Shown: piece after piece, positions 17,794 through 27,469 of the stretch | Numbering within the stretch: position 1 is the stretch's first letter | How the letters are laid out: every line of letters starts with the position of its first letter | From: Thermoproteota archaeon | GTDB lineage: Archaea > Korarchaeota > Korarchaeia > Korarchaeales > Korarchaeaceae | Assembly: GCA_027491435.1 (NCBI GenBank) | Contig: JAOZFG010000003.1 | Coordinates: forward strand, 8,085 to 72,084 | Direction: 5' to 3' | Length of the DNA stretch: 64,000 nt | Notes under the pieces: generated by a model | The model's database searches: none | What the model was told of the DNA's origin: nothing | Seen by the model: the letters and a program-made list of their open reading frames with translations, nothing else | Translations under genes and position numbers: made by a program

Positions 17794-18263
17794 TCGAGGA
17801 GATCAAGTCCATCTCCGGTCAGGACGTCAACTTGTGCTACCAGTGCGGCGAGTGCTCATCTTCCTGCCAGGTAGCAGGGGTTGATGGCTTTTACCCAAGC
17901 GTCCTAATTCACAGGATAAAACTTGAGGACCCCGGAGTGCTGGATGAGAGAAAGTTTGAGGTCTGCCTGCACTGCTTCCTCTGTACCGTGAGGTGTCCAC
18001 AAGGCATAAGCTTCCCAGACGTAGCGACAGCCCTTTCGAACATTTGGGTCAAGAGATACGGTCCTGACAGGGTTGAGAGGGCTTTCCTAAAGGAGTTGAG
18101 GGAGAGGGGTTTCATAAACCCGGTAAGGGTTGCCCTCTCGGCTTTAGGGCTTCACTCCTTCAAATCTCTGAGTTCCAAGGCTTTGAAGCTAATGAGGGCT
18201 TCTTCAAGGTCGGGGAAGGTTAGGGAGGACCTCCTTAAGGAGGTGAGGGAGATTGTCCCCTGA
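17790..18263 (+). CDS. hdrC: Heterodisulfide reductase subunit C
   Basis: CYQCGECSSSC and CLHCFLCTVRCP; lies between mvhD and hdrB. Confidence 0.9.
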   Translation: MIEEIKSISGQDVNLCYQCGECSSSCQVAGVDGFYPSVLIHRIKLEDPGVLDERKFEVCLHCFLCTVRCPQGISFPDVATALSNIWVKRYGPDRVERAFLKELRERGFINPVRVALSALGLHSFKSLSSKALKLMRASSRSGKVREDLLKEVREIVP

Positions 18264-18984
18264 GGTGTCCTACTACCCGGGGTGCACTGGGACGACCACC
18301 GAGAGGGCCTATGTCAAGACGGCCCTCATGGTCTTGAAAGACCTTGGCTTTGAGGTGAGGCTGTTAGAAGACCTCCCCTGCTGTGGAACTCTGGAAGCCG
18401 AGCTGGTCGATGTCTCAATAACTAAGAGGTTAGCCTCTCTGATAAACAGGGAGGCTGGGAACGTCATAACCGGATGTAGCGGGTGTTACAGCAATATAAA
18501 GAGGGGAGGGGGCGAGGCTACCCACCTCCTGCACTTCTTGGTGAAGGAGGTAGGCCTTAGCGAGGTCAAGAATAGGGTAAAACGTCCATTGAGGTTGAAG
18601 GTGGCTCCATATTATGGGTGTCAGGCCCTAAGGCCTAGATTCCTAGCCATAGACGATCCTGAGGATCCTAAGATCTTTGAGGAGCTTTTGATGGCTATAG
18701 GAGCTGAGCCTGTGGAGTTTGATATGAGGATCAAGTGTTGCGGTGGACCCATTTCGCTGAGGAGACCTTTAGAGGCTAGGAAGATGGCCGAAGAGGTTGT
18801 TAAGTCGGCTAATATGGCAGGAGCTGAAGTTGTAGCTACGATGTGCAACCTGTGTCACTTCATGCTTGACTACTACACTAACGAAATGCCGGTGCTCCAC
18901 TTCACCCAGCTGGTGGCCCTGGCCTTCGGGCATCCATTCGAAGAGATGGATTTTGAGGAGCACTACAATAGGGTTTTGAGGTGA
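18253..18984 (+). CDS. hdrB: Heterodisulfide reductase subunit B (compact)
   Basis: Two CCG domains: YYPGC...CCG...CSGC and YYGC..LRP...CCGG...CNLC. Confidence 0.92.
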   Translation: MSPEVSYYPGCTGTTTERAYVKTALMVLKDLGFEVRLLEDLPCCGTLEAELVDVSITKRLASLINREAGNVITGCSGCYSNIKRGGGEATHLLHFLVKEVGLSEVKNRVKRPLRLKVAPYYGCQALRPRFLAIDDPEDPKIFEELLMAIGAEPVEFDMRIKCCGGPISLRRPLEARKMAEEVVKSANMAGAEVVATMCNLCHFMLDYYTNEMPVLHFTQLVALAFGHPFEEMDFEEHYNRVLR

Positions 18985-18988
18985 TATC

Positions 18989-19177
18989 ATGTGTGAGGGT
19001 GTAGTTTTCCTGGTGAGGGATGGTGAGAGGGTCAAGGTCATGGAAAACGTTGTCTCCCTCCACCTGAAGGGTGGAAGGGCCATACTGGTTGACGACTTCG
19101 GGAGGGACAAAGTGATAGAGGGGGTTAAAGAGGTAAGGGTAAACATGGTGGCCCACGAGATCACCCTCTACCCCTAA
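18989..19177 (+). CDS. cooT: CooT-family nickel chaperone
   Basis: MCE N-terminus, DDFG, C-terminal His (VAHEI), 62 aa; closes the CODH operon and is followed by a T-tract. Confidence 0.8.
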   Translation: MCEGVVFLVRDGERVKVMENVVSLHLKGGRAILVDDFGRDKVIEGVKEVRVNMVAHEITLYP

Positions 19178-19217
19178 ACCTTTTTTAGGGGCCTAACTGT
19201 TCCGGGCCGGTGGTAGG

Positions 19218-19787
19218 GTGGCCTCAATACCTCCTACTGTCTCCTACGTCATGGCGGTCTTAGACATGCTAGCTACCTCCATAGCTGCATACATAGCCTG
19301 GCTCTCCTACAAGGGTTACAAGTACGGGTTCCCCAGGATGAGGACGACTTTGGTCTCCTTCTCAGCGCTCAGCCTATCCTTTACAGCTTCAGCTTACGTG
19401 TCCCTGCTCCTATCCTCGCCGCCAAGGGGACCGCCAACTTCGTGGATGCCTCACCTTCTGAGGAATCCCCTGTTCATCGCCGTGCAGTTCGGTTACGCCG
19501 TGAGCTACCTAACGTTACTGCTGGGATTTAGGAGGGGTGAGGTGGACTATCTTTTCCTCGTGCCCACGTTACCATTCATAGTTGCAATAGCAGTCTACCT
19601 GGCGAGCAGGGAGAGGGCCTCTCCAAAGGCTCAGGTAACTTACTTAGGTTTGGCCCTGTCTCACCTGATCACAACTCTGGCCTTCCTGACGTATAAGCCA
19701 TGGCTCCTGATAGTAGGAGAGCTGGTGAGGTCTCTTTCCCTAATCCCCATTGCAATCTTGCTAGGGGAGGCCTGGCATGAGGCGTAA
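19218..19787 (+). CDS. Hypothetical multi-TM membrane protein
   Basis: About 6 hydrophobic helices; overlaps the downstream wHTH gene. Confidence 0.7.
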   Translation: MASIPPTVSYVMAVLDMLATSIAAYIAWLSYKGYKYGFPRMRTTLVSFSALSLSFTASAYVSLLLSSPPRGPPTSWMPHLLRNPLFIAVQFGYAVSYLTLLLGFRRGEVDYLFLVPTLPFIVAIAVYLASRERASPKAQVTYLGLALSHLITTLAFLTYKPWLLIVGELVRSLSLIPIAILLGEAWHEA

Positions 19788-20040
19788 GTACAGGTCTCAG
19801 GCCGCCATAGTATGCGACATACTGGAGGCCATATCATCCAAGCCGGGCATAGCTCCCTCTAGGTTAAGCCAGGAGGTAAACGTGCCCTACACGAGGCTAG
19901 TTGAGTATTTGGAGCTCCTCAAGGAGAAAGGGTTAATATTTGATGATAAAGGACTCAATCTAACGGAGGAGGGCTTTAAAATTTTGGTTGAGATGAGGAG
20001 GATTAGGAGGATATTCTCCTCTCTTGGGCTTAAGCTTTAA
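19777..20040 (+). CDS. Small winged helix-turn-helix transcriptional regulator
   Basis: RSQAAIVCDILEAI...PSRLSQEVNVPYTRLVEYLELL...LTEEG, an archaeal wHTH (HTH_45-like) pattern. Confidence 0.85.
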   Translation: MRRKYRSQAAIVCDILEAISSKPGIAPSRLSQEVNVPYTRLVEYLELLKEKGLIFDDKGLNLTEEGFKILVEMRRIRRIFSSLGLKL

Positions 20041-21057
20041 TCAGCATATTCTCGGAACCACTGCCCCTAGGGGCCTCTCCATCACTCTAAGCCCGCCCAC
20101 CTTAGTTTCCAAGATCACCATTCCTCGATACTTGGAGCTCTCCTTGACCTCGCCTATTATCGAGGCCCTATCGCACCCTCTCTCCTTAAGGAAGTTTAAC
20201 ACGTCCTCAGAGACCTCCGGGCTAACTCCCAGGACGGCCTTGCCCTCTGAGGCCAGTTGCAATGGGTCCACTCCCAGAAGCTCTGAGAGGGCCTTAACTT
20301 CTTCGGCTATTGGTATCGATTCCTCCCTAACGGTTATTAGGAGGCCAGTCTTGGAGGCCCACTCGTTCAGGACCTGCGCTAAACCTCCTCTAGTTGGATC
20401 TTGGGCAGCCCTTATCTGGTCCCCGAACTCCTCTAGGAGGGGGAGCATAACCTGGGTCAGAGGCTTGACGTCGCTCTCAACGCCTTCAATCCCCTGTTGA
20501 GCTGCTAGTATAGCGGCTCCGTGATCCCCAACCGTTCCTGTAACCAGCAACTTATCTCCAGGTTTTAAGGAGGAGTCCAGTATCGGCTTCTCAGCCCAAC
20601 CCACGCCTACGGTTGTTATCACCACGCCCCTCAAATCTCCGAAGGGCATGACCTTGAAGTCCCCGCCTACAAGCTTAACGCCGTTCTCCCTAAAGACCTG
20701 AATCATGCTGGAGGTTATCTTCTTGAGCTCCTCTAACTCAAAGCCCTCCTGAACTATGATTGAGTCCATAGCTGCTACAGGCTTGGCTCCCATCATTAGA
20801 ACGTCGTTAATCGTGCCGGACGCTGCTAATACCCCGAGGTTGCCTCCGGGAAAGAAGGGCGGATTTACCGTGTAGGAGTCGACGCTCATCACCAGGTGAT
20901 TCTCGCCTGCAGGCAGTGTGGCTCCATCATCTAGTTCATCAGTCCCGACCCCTCCCTCAACCCTCTTCATGTCCTCATCCAGTAGGGAGAGGATGAGCTT
21001 TTGTACCATGTCTTGGGTGGCCTTTCCTCCAGCCCCGTGAGATAAGTTCACTCTCAT
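20041..21057 (-). CDS. hypE: Hydrogenase maturation protein HypE
   Basis: LSHGAGG, DSYTVNP.FFPGG, DPTRGGL and C-terminal PRIC. Confidence 0.97.
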   Translation of the reverse strand: MRVNLSHGAGGKATQDMVQKLILSLLDEDMKRVEGGVGTDELDDGATLPAGENHLVMSVDSYTVNPPFFPGGNLGVLAASGTINDVLMMGAKPVAAMDSIIVQEGFELEELKKITSSMIQVFRENGVKLVGGDFKVMPFGDLRGVVITTVGVGWAEKPILDSSLKPGDKLLVTGTVGDHGAAILAAQQGIEGVESDVKPLTQVMLPLLEEFGDQIRAAQDPTRGGLAQVLNEWASKTGLLITVREESIPIAEEVKALSELLGVDPLQLASEGKAVLGVSPEVSEDVLNFLKERGCDRASIIGEVKESSKYRGMVILETKVGGLRVMERPLGAVVPRIC

Positions 21058-21279
21058 CTAATCACCTAAAGATTCCAGCAGCTCTTGCCAGGTCTTTATC
21101 ATATCCTTAGCCTCCTCCTCGTTAACTTTTGAGATTATCATGCCCACGTGAACGATAACGTAGTCGCCTGGGCTAACCTCCTCCAGCGTGGCGTCTACCT
21201 CCCTCCTTATCCCGTTGAAGTCGACAAGGGCCCTCCTGCCCTTAACCTCGATAACCCTACCGGGAATCCCCAGGCACAT
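21058..21279 (-). CDS. hypC: Hydrogenase maturation chaperone HypC
   Basis: MCLGIPG N-terminus; GDYVIVHVG. Confidence 0.97.
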   Translation of the reverse strand: MCLGIPGRVIEVKGRRALVDFNGIRREVDATLEEVSPGDYVIVHVGMIISKVNEEEAKDMIKTWQELLESLGD

Positions 21280-22027
21280 TGATTATCACCTCCACCAGGT
21301 CGTTAAAGGCTCTCTCAAGCTCTGGAGAAGACTTATGCGGTGGATCGCCGGACCTGATAGCCTCCTCTACCGAGGGCTCCATGGGTATTCTGGCTATCAC
21401 CCTAACGCCCAAGTTCGAGTAGTCGACCTCGCCGAAGGGCTTCACCTTCTCGCCCCCACAGCTCAGATAGCTCATGTTCTCAACTACTCCCAGCAGGGAA
21501 AATCTCTCGTCCCTTATCATGTTAATGGCCCTCCTCACGACCTCGATGGAGGCCTTAGATGGAGTGGTGACCACCAACACCTTAGACTTCCTCCTGTTAA
21601 ACGACCTGAGGGCCCAGAGGAACTCATCACCTGTGCCAGGGGGCATGTCAACCACCAGGTTATTGGCCGACCACTTGGTCATGGCCATCATCGTGTAAAT
21701 CAGGGGCCACTTGTCCTCACCCTTGAACGGGAGGGGAGTCCCTTCCGTGAGTAAGGCTAGGGACATGTACTCCACCTCACCTCTCCTCGCCGGTATTAAC
21801 CCCTCCTTGCTGGCCCTTACCCTGCCAACACCTAGAAAAGATGTTGTTGATGGTCCGTGAAGGTCTAGGTCAAGAAGGCCCACCGACAGGCCCCTGTCTG
21901 CCATGGTCAGAGCTAAACAGGAGGAGACGAAGCTCTTGCCCACGCCTCCCTTTCCCGAAGCTACTATCACCACCCTTTCAAATTCAGAAGCCTTCTTAAG
22001 GGCCCATCTTCCCAAGAAGTCGTTCAT
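21257..22027 (-). CDS. Mrp/NBP35-family ATPase (probable HypB substitute for Ni delivery)
   Basis: SGKGGVGKS, DLDLHGPS, DMPPGTGDE and VENMS; adjacent to hypA, as with the Thermococcales Mrp-type HypB. Confidence 0.85.
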   Translation of the reverse strand: MNDFLGRWALKKASEFERVVIVASGKGGVGKSFVSSCLALTMADRGLSVGLLDLDLHGPSTTSFLGVGRVRASKEGLIPARRGEVEYMSLALLTEGTPLPFKGEDKWPLIYTMMAMTKWSANNLVVDMPPGTGDEFLWALRSFNRRKSKVLVVTTPSKASIEVVRRAINMIRDERFSLLGVVENMSYLSCGGEKVKPFGEVDYSNLGVRVIARIPMEPSVEEAIRSGDPPHKSSPELERAFNDLVEVIINVPGDSR

Positions 22028-22449
22028 CTGGATCCCTCCAGCCTAGAAACCCTGATTCCCTTGCCTTTAATCGCCTGGAAGTCCCTGCTCTGACATTTAG
22101 GGCACTTAATCAGGGCTGGGGCCAGCTCGGGTATGAAGTGAACAGAGCTTTCCTCAACGCCCTCCTCTAACACCTTCCTGTCACCCTCTATCAGCTCGTG
22201 AGAGAACTCCCACTCGTTGCCGCACCTGGAACACCTGAACACCGTAGGCTCCTCAACGACCGAGAATTCTACGCTCTCAAAGGACCCTCCCTTGGATAGC
22301 TCTGTTAGGGCCTCCTTCAGCAGGGATCCGTCCAGCTCCATCACGCTACCATAACTGACTTCTACGAAGTGAACGTTGGACAGGCCCTCTGACTTGGCCA
22401 AGTCTTCCAGGGCATCTAGGATCATAAACGCAATTGACCACTCGTGCAT
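22024..22449 (-). CDS. hypA: Hydrogenase nickel metallochaperone HypA
   Basis: MHEWSIA start; CSRC and CPKC zinc finger; archaeal HFIPE insert. Confidence 0.95.
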   Translation of the reverse strand: MHEWSIAFMILDALEDLAKSEGLSNVHFVEVSYGSVMELDGSLLKEALTELSKGGSFESVEFSVVEEPTVFRCSRCGNEWEFSHELIEGDRKVLEEGVEESSVHFIPELAPALIKCPKCQSRDFQAIKGKGIRVSRLEGSR

Positions 22450-23003
22450 CAGGCGCCCCCACACCTGAACATGCCTTCAAGAAAGGCCTTCTCGTTCACC
22501 TTCATGGGGAACCCCCTCTTCCCTAACTCCCTAGTTAGCAGGCGAAGGGCCTTTAAACTGGCTGTCACAACTTCATCTGAAAGATTTTCCCCGAGATCTA
22601 CCTCTTTAACGGCGATCCCCACCACGTAAGCCTCTGGCAGGTATCCCAAGGAGGCTGCAGCCGCCAGCAGAATGTCTGGTGTTATCCCGTGGCTACCGTA
22701 CTCGGCGACCATCCTTATGGCCTCCCTAGACACTTGGGGGTTCACCTTGTACAGGATCACTTGCCCTGGCTCTCCCTGGACGGCATCCACTATGTAGGCC
22801 AGCTCAACCCCCTCAAAATAGTCAAGGAGGTTCAGGCCTCCAAGCCCGCCATCAACCACCAGAAGCCACTCATGATTAATCAGGGAGCCCAGGACCTCGG
22901 CGAAGCAGGAGCCCACCCCGTCGTCCCCGAGGAGCCTGTTGCCCACACCCATTATCAGGACCTTAGGGCCTCCCTTAACAGGTTCTCCATGACTTGGACA
23001 CAT
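22449..23003 (-). CDS. Hydrogenase maturation protease (HycI/HybD family)
   Basis: GVGNRLLGDDGVG, VDGG, IVDAV and SHG motifs. Confidence 0.93.
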   Translation of the reverse strand: MCPSHGEPVKGGPKVLIMGVGNRLLGDDGVGSCFAEVLGSLINHEWLLVVDGGLGGLNLLDYFEGVELAYIVDAVQGEPGQVILYKVNPQVSREAIRMVAEYGSHGITPDILLAAAASLGYLPEAYVVGIAVKEVDLGENLSDEVVTASLKALRLLTRELGKRGFPMKVNEKAFLEGMFRCGGA

Positions 23004-23584
23004 TTTCCATCATCTTCCCAACTTCCTTCAATTATCGAGAACCTTTTAACCCCGGCTAGAACGGCTAGAGCGGTGGCCAAGTCCTCAGGGTCCCTGGACC
23101 CGGTCATAGATTTGGATATTAGCTCGTTCGCCTCCACCTTATCCCCTGGGACCTCAGCCTGAAACTCCCTTTTGGAGAGCTCACAGGGCCCCTCCTCTAT
23201 CCTCACTATGACCACTTGGTCCGGTCCCATTTGCCTGATCTCCTCGACGTCTGCCAGCGGATAGTGGGTGACGTCCATCAGCCTCACGCCAGGGAACTTG
23301 GGCAACCTATCTACGGGAACGTCAGCTGACATGTATAGCACGAGTTTAGTACCCATCCTTATCACCTTTCCGCCCGCCCTCAGGCCAGATAGTTCAGACA
23401 CTCCGAGGGACCTGAGCACCTCCTCCTTCATCTTGTCCACGTCCTCATCTCTGGCGTTGGGCATCTGGTAAAGGAATCCCTCCACTCCAAGGAGTTTGAG
23501 GGCTTCTCCTTTTACCTTGGCCTTCTGATCCTCTACCTCTCTAGCTATTGACAGGAAGACCTTCACGACCTCTTTAAGGTTCAT
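22955..23584 (-). CDS. Hypothetical protein within the hydrogenase operon
   Basis: Long ORF with typical codon usage, co-oriented between the isp2-like gene and the protease. Confidence 0.7.
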   Translation of the reverse strand: MNLKEVVKVFLSIAREVEDQKAKVKGEALKLLGVEGFLYQMPNARDEDVDKMKEEVLRSLGVSELSGLRAGGKVIRMGTKLVLYMSADVPVDRLPKFPGVRLMDVTHYPLADVEEIRQMGPDQVVIVRIEEGPCELSKREFQAEVPGDKVEANELISKSMTGSRDPEDLATALAVLAGVKRFSIIEGSWEDDGKCVQVMENLLREALRS

Positions 23585-23600
23585 CGGGACACCCAAAAAA

Positions 23601-24905
23601 TTATGGGAGGTAGTCCTGGAGGTAGGAGACTATGTGAACCGCCTTAAACTCCTTGCCGAACTTCTTGGCCCCTTTGTTTATCGTGTGGATGCAGGTGGAG
23701 CACCCGGTGACTACGAGCTCCGCCCCTGACTCTTCTATCTCGTCCACTTTGTTCTTGACGGCGACTAGGTGATCTTTCTCAAGCTCCTCACAGAACTTGG
23801 CACTGGAGATTAATTCGCCCAGCAGCTCCCTCAGCATTCTCCTCCCCTCCTCGGCCATTAAAGATATTCCAGTCCCCCCTCCGCAGCAGTGGGAGTACAT
23901 CCCTATACCCTTTGGTAGGTCCCTGTACTGCTTTGAGGTGGCTTTAATCAGGTGCCTGGGCTCCTCTATGAGGCCGCCTCCCCTAGCCATCTTGCAGGGG
24001 TCGTGCCAAGTCACCTTAACCCCGTCTTGTTTCAGATTGAGCTTGCCCTCGGAGTACATTTCGTGGAGGAGTTCTACCACATGAATCACCTTGAAGGGAG
24101 CCCTTTCACCGAGCACGAAGGGGAGCTCGAACCTTAAGTCCATGTAGGGAGTGCCTCCATGGGATAGCAGCGCCGCCTTCCCTTTGTGGGACTTCACGTA
24201 ATCCACTATCCTCTTGAAGACCACCTTTCTGGCCTTCTTGTCGCCCATTATGGTTCCTAACGCCGGTTCTATGGCCAGGGGTTTGGAGGGCATGCTCCAG
24301 TTCAGGTTAAGCTTGTCGAGAAGTTTGACCGTGTCAACTATGACCTCTGGAGTGAGTATGGCCTCTATAAGCCAGGGAAGGTATATTAGGTCGGCTGGCC
24401 TGTCAAGGGGAAGCTCCCCGCCAATTGCCTCCTGAGCCCTCTTAAGCGCCTCGTTCCAAGCGCTAATAAGCCCGTTGGGGAAGTTCCCTGAAACTTCCAC
24501 GTCCTTTAGTACGGTGAGGCAGGAGGGGGTCATCCCAACCCTATCTATTATCTGCCTGAGCATCATGATGAGCTCTCCGCTATAAATGCCTAGGGGACAC
24601 GTCTGGTAGCAGTACCTGCAGTTGGTACACCTGTAAGCCATCTCCCTTATCCTTTCCAAGTCCTCTTTGTCCCTGGGGAGCTTAGCCCCCACCAGCTCAC
24701 CCAGAATTTTGCCCGCGAAGGTCATCTCCTTCCTGTAGATGAACCTCATCTCCTCAGCCTTGTTGACGGGCTCGTACTTGACGTCTGCGTAGTAGAATGG
24801 GCAGTGAGGTCCGCAAAGGCCGCAGGAAACGCAGCCCTCCAGGTAATGTAACCTAACAGGGTCTACCTCCCTGAGAACTGATCTTATGGCCTCTTGAACG
24901 CTCAT
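23601..24905 (-). CDS. Isp2/HdrD/DsrK-like Fe-S protein of the hydrogenase complex
   Basis: CVSCGLCGPHCP, CTNCRYCYQTCP, and a C-terminal CCG domain HDPC...CCGGG...CSTC. Confidence 0.88.
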   Translation of the reverse strand: MSVQEAIRSVLREVDPVRLHYLEGCVSCGLCGPHCPFYYADVKYEPVNKAEEMRFIYRKEMTFAGKILGELVGAKLPRDKEDLERIREMAYRCTNCRYCYQTCPLGIYSGELIMMLRQIIDRVGMTPSCLTVLKDVEVSGNFPNGLISAWNEALKRAQEAIGGELPLDRPADLIYLPWLIEAILTPEVIVDTVKLLDKLNLNWSMPSKPLAIEPALGTIMGDKKARKVVFKRIVDYVKSHKGKAALLSHGGTPYMDLRFELPFVLGERAPFKVIHVVELLHEMYSEGKLNLKQDGVKVTWHDPCKMARGGGLIEEPRHLIKATSKQYRDLPKGIGMYSHCCGGGTGISLMAEEGRRMLRELLGELISSAKFCEELEKDHLVAVKNKVDEIEESGAELVVTGCSTCIHTINKGAKKFGKEFKAVHIVSYLQDYLP

Positions 24906-25687
24906 AACCCCCTCCTCCATATGTCATAAACCTCGTGAAGCTTCCCGAACCAGAAGTTGAAGACGAAGTGGAAGAACTTCGTGAAAGGAAGCAAGATGAC
25001 TAGGAGCTCCGCGCTAAGTATGTGAAGTCCCAGGACGTTCTTGTAGGTGACCACGTCGCCAAAGGGCAGGTGATGTGTAGCCATGTAGCCTGTAACTAGG
25101 ATGAAAAGTAAGAGGATCAGCGCTGAAAAGTCGCCCCAGTTCACCCTCTGCAGCCTGTGCTTAACCTTAGCCACCACCCTATCGGCCAGCTTGAAGGCAG
25201 TAGCCACTATGGCCAGCACCGCTAATACGTCCCCGTTAAGCACGACGGTAAGCGGACCCCATATTGTGTTTACGAACTTGAAGGACATTCCACTCACTGG
25301 CTGTAGAGGAGCTGTGACCGTTAGGGATGAGCTAGTCGCACTGGTAGGTATTGCTAGGAAAGAGAGAGCTTGATATGGCGGGAAATAGTAGGACCACCAG
25401 GCCACGTGATGACTCAGGAGGAAGAGCAGAGGTATAACCCCTAACGTGTGGAGCACTAGGAGGCCCACTAGGAAGTCCACCCTAGACTTCTTCGCCGCCG
25501 CTATTATAGCGTGGATAAAAGAGTCGATGAGGAGGAACGCCCTCCTAGCCAGGGGCCTTTTCCTCCACTCTGGTCTAGCGGTCTTCCTGTACGTGAACGC
25601 GTACCTGGAGAGGCGGTATATCAACCCAAAAGTGAAAAGCGCAATTGAGGGTAAGAACATGTCGTAAACGGCGAACTCGTATATCAT
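24902..25687 (-). CDS. Isp1/NarI/DsrM-like cytochrome b membrane anchor
   Basis: TM helices with His residues (LHTLG, SHH, LHIL, KFFHF); PFTKFFH is a NarI-type motif. Confidence 0.85.
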   Translation of the reverse strand: MIYEFAVYDMFLPSIALFTFGLIYRLSRYAFTYRKTARPEWRKRPLARRAFLLIDSFIHAIIAAAKKSRVDFLVGLLVLHTLGVIPLLFLLSHHVAWWSYYFPPYQALSFLAIPTSATSSSLTVTAPLQPVSGMSFKFVNTIWGPLTVVLNGDVLAVLAIVATAFKLADRVVAKVKHRLQRVNWGDFSALILLLFILVTGYMATHHLPFGDVVTYKNVLGLHILSAELLVILLPFTKFFHFVFNFWFGKLHEVYDIWRRGL

Positions 25688-25696
25688 ACTCCCCCC

Positions 25697-27469
25697 TCAG
25701 ACGGTGCACATGGGGGTGACCAGCTTCTCAATGCGCCTGTTTCCGACGAATATGTGCACTGAGCAAGCTATGCAGGGGTCGAAGCTCCTTATCGCCCTGA
25801 CCAGGTCTAGCCCTGTCCACTCATCCGGCCCTACCTCCTCAGTTATGGCAGTTCCTATCACCGACTGCTCGTATGGACCTGTGGCTCCAAACCTACCCTT
25901 GGGCGAGAGGTTTGCCGTGGTCGGGGCGTGTACCTGGTAATTCTTTATCCTGTAGTTCTCCACAACCATCCAGTGCCTGACGCTTCCCCTGGGAGCTTCA
26001 TCGAACCCGAAGCCCACAGCATGTGAGGGTCTCTTCCACGGCCTTGAGGTCTCTAAACTTCCCTTCTTGGCCAAGTCAAGGCCCACCAGGAGGAAATGCC
26101 AGGCTGCAGCCACGTCCAGAGCTACGTTGTAGGCTCTAGCCCTCATCCTCTCTATAGTGGTGGAGGCGCCGACCTTAGGTATATTCCACTCGAAGGTCAC
26201 GGGCTCCCAAGTGCCCTGAGGAAGCTCAGAGACCCCGTTGGTCCTGGGAAGATCTATCCTCACCTTACCCCCGCTGTGAAGCGCCTGAACCCACATCCTG
26301 GCTATGGGACCAACCTCTATGGGCCTTATCCTACCATCCTTCCAGACGTACCTGACTGTGCCGGTCCAGGTGTACTTCTCCTTCCAGTTCTGGGCCACCG
26401 GGTTGGGTATGGTAGTCTTGTTCCACGGGTGATACTTGGCCAGCTCTTCCCTTCCCCAGACGACCTGATTACCTAAAGGATCCTCCTGAACGAAGAGCGT
26501 GTCCCAGTCCTGATAGAAGCCCCTATCAACGAGCTCTACTGTGCCCACGTTCATGTCGGTCAGCTTGTCCGTGACGAGCTCTCCGTCGAGTATGAGGCCT
26601 GGCTTCAGAAACCTCTTCCTCCCGGCGTCGTCAACGTTCCCGTAGATTTCCTCGTAGCTCTCTCCCAAGGAGGAATAGGTTTCCGGATCATCGAATATAC
26701 CTACAGATAGCAGATTTGGCTTCTCATAAGTCATTCCCTGTTTCTCGTACCCGATTGAGTTGAAGAAGTTCGCTATATCCTCCCAGACAGCTACCACCAT
26801 CTTAACCCAGGCGGTGAGCTTGGTCAGCCTGTAAGAATACTGGATCAGTGAATCTACAGTGACCGTAGCTCCTATGCCCCCGGGTATCAGGGTTCTGGGG
26901 TGCGGGTGGGTCCCGTAGAAGAGCACTCCCGCCTGTCTGGCCAGCCTCTGCATTTTGAGGGCCAACATGTAGATCTTGCCCTCCAACGGGTTTAACCCAT
27001 CTAACAGGTCTCCCACAGTTGAGAATCCATGTATATCGGAGTTTTCAGCTTTAGTCGCCTTTGCCTCCTCGTAGACTGATGGGGTCAGCTTGGAGATCAC
27101 GGCACCGCTGTAGTCAGGGCCCGCCAGTATGTTCAGGTGAGTCGGGTGATCGTAAATGTGATCGGTGACCGCCCAAGCTAAGTTCCTTATTACGACTCCA
27201 AAGGGTTTAGGAACGGCGCCCAGGGCCATGTCGTTAGCCTTTACCGAGGCGTTGGCATGAGATGCTGCACAGACTCCGCATATCCTGCTAGTCAGGTGTA
27301 TGGCGTCGGGAGGCTCCCTCCCCCTTAAGAAGATCTCAAACCCCCTGAACATGGTGGAGAAAGCCCAAGCCTCCTTGACCACCTTGTTGCCCGTGTCCAC
27401 GACGGCGTTGAGCCCGAGGTGGCCCTCTATCCTGGTGATGGGGTCTATGAAAATTACCCTCTCTCCCAT
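25697..27469 (-). CDS. [NiFe]-hydrogenase large subunit (group 1, membrane-bound uptake type)
   Basis: IDPITRIEGH, L1 RICGVC, EAPRG, L2 RSFDPCIACSVH plus a cleavable C-terminal extension. Confidence 0.96.
   Translation of the reverse strand: MGERVIFIDPITRIEGHLGLNAVVDTGNKVVKEAWAFSTMFRGFEIFLRGREPPDAIHLTSRICGVCAASHANASVKANDMALGAVPKPFGVVIRNLAWAVTDHIYDHPTHLNILAGPDYSGAVISKLTPSVYEEAKATKAENSDIHGFSTVGDLLDGLNPLEGKIYMLALKMQRLARQAGVLFYGTHPHPRTLIPGGIGATVTVDSLIQYSYRLTKLTAWVKMVVAVWEDIANFFNSIGYEKQGMTYEKPNLLSVGIFDDPETYSSLGESYEEIYGNVDDAGRKRFLKPGLILDGELVTDKLTDMNVGTVELVDRGFYQDWDTLFVQEDPLGNQVVWGREELAKYHPWNKTTIPNPVAQNWKEKYTWTGTVRYVWKDGRIRPIEVGPIARMWVQALHSGGKVRIDLPRTNGVSELPQGTWEPVTFEWNIPKVGASTTIERMRARAYNVALDVAAAWHFLLVGLDLAKKGSLETSRPWKRPSHAVGFGFDEAPRGSVRHWMVVENYRIKNYQVHAPTTANLSPKGRFGATGPYEQSVIGTAITEEVGPDEWTGLDLVRAIRSFDPCIACSVHIFVGNRRIEKLVTPMCTV

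Noticed and set aside
14978-18984. hdrABC as evidence of methanogenesis
   Set aside because: No mcr, mtr or methyltransferase genes are in the window, and HdrABC is widespread in non-methanogens.
21257-22027. Absence of canonical hypB as a novelty
   Set aside because: An Mrp/MinD-type ATPase next to hypA is the established HypB replacement in Thermococcales.
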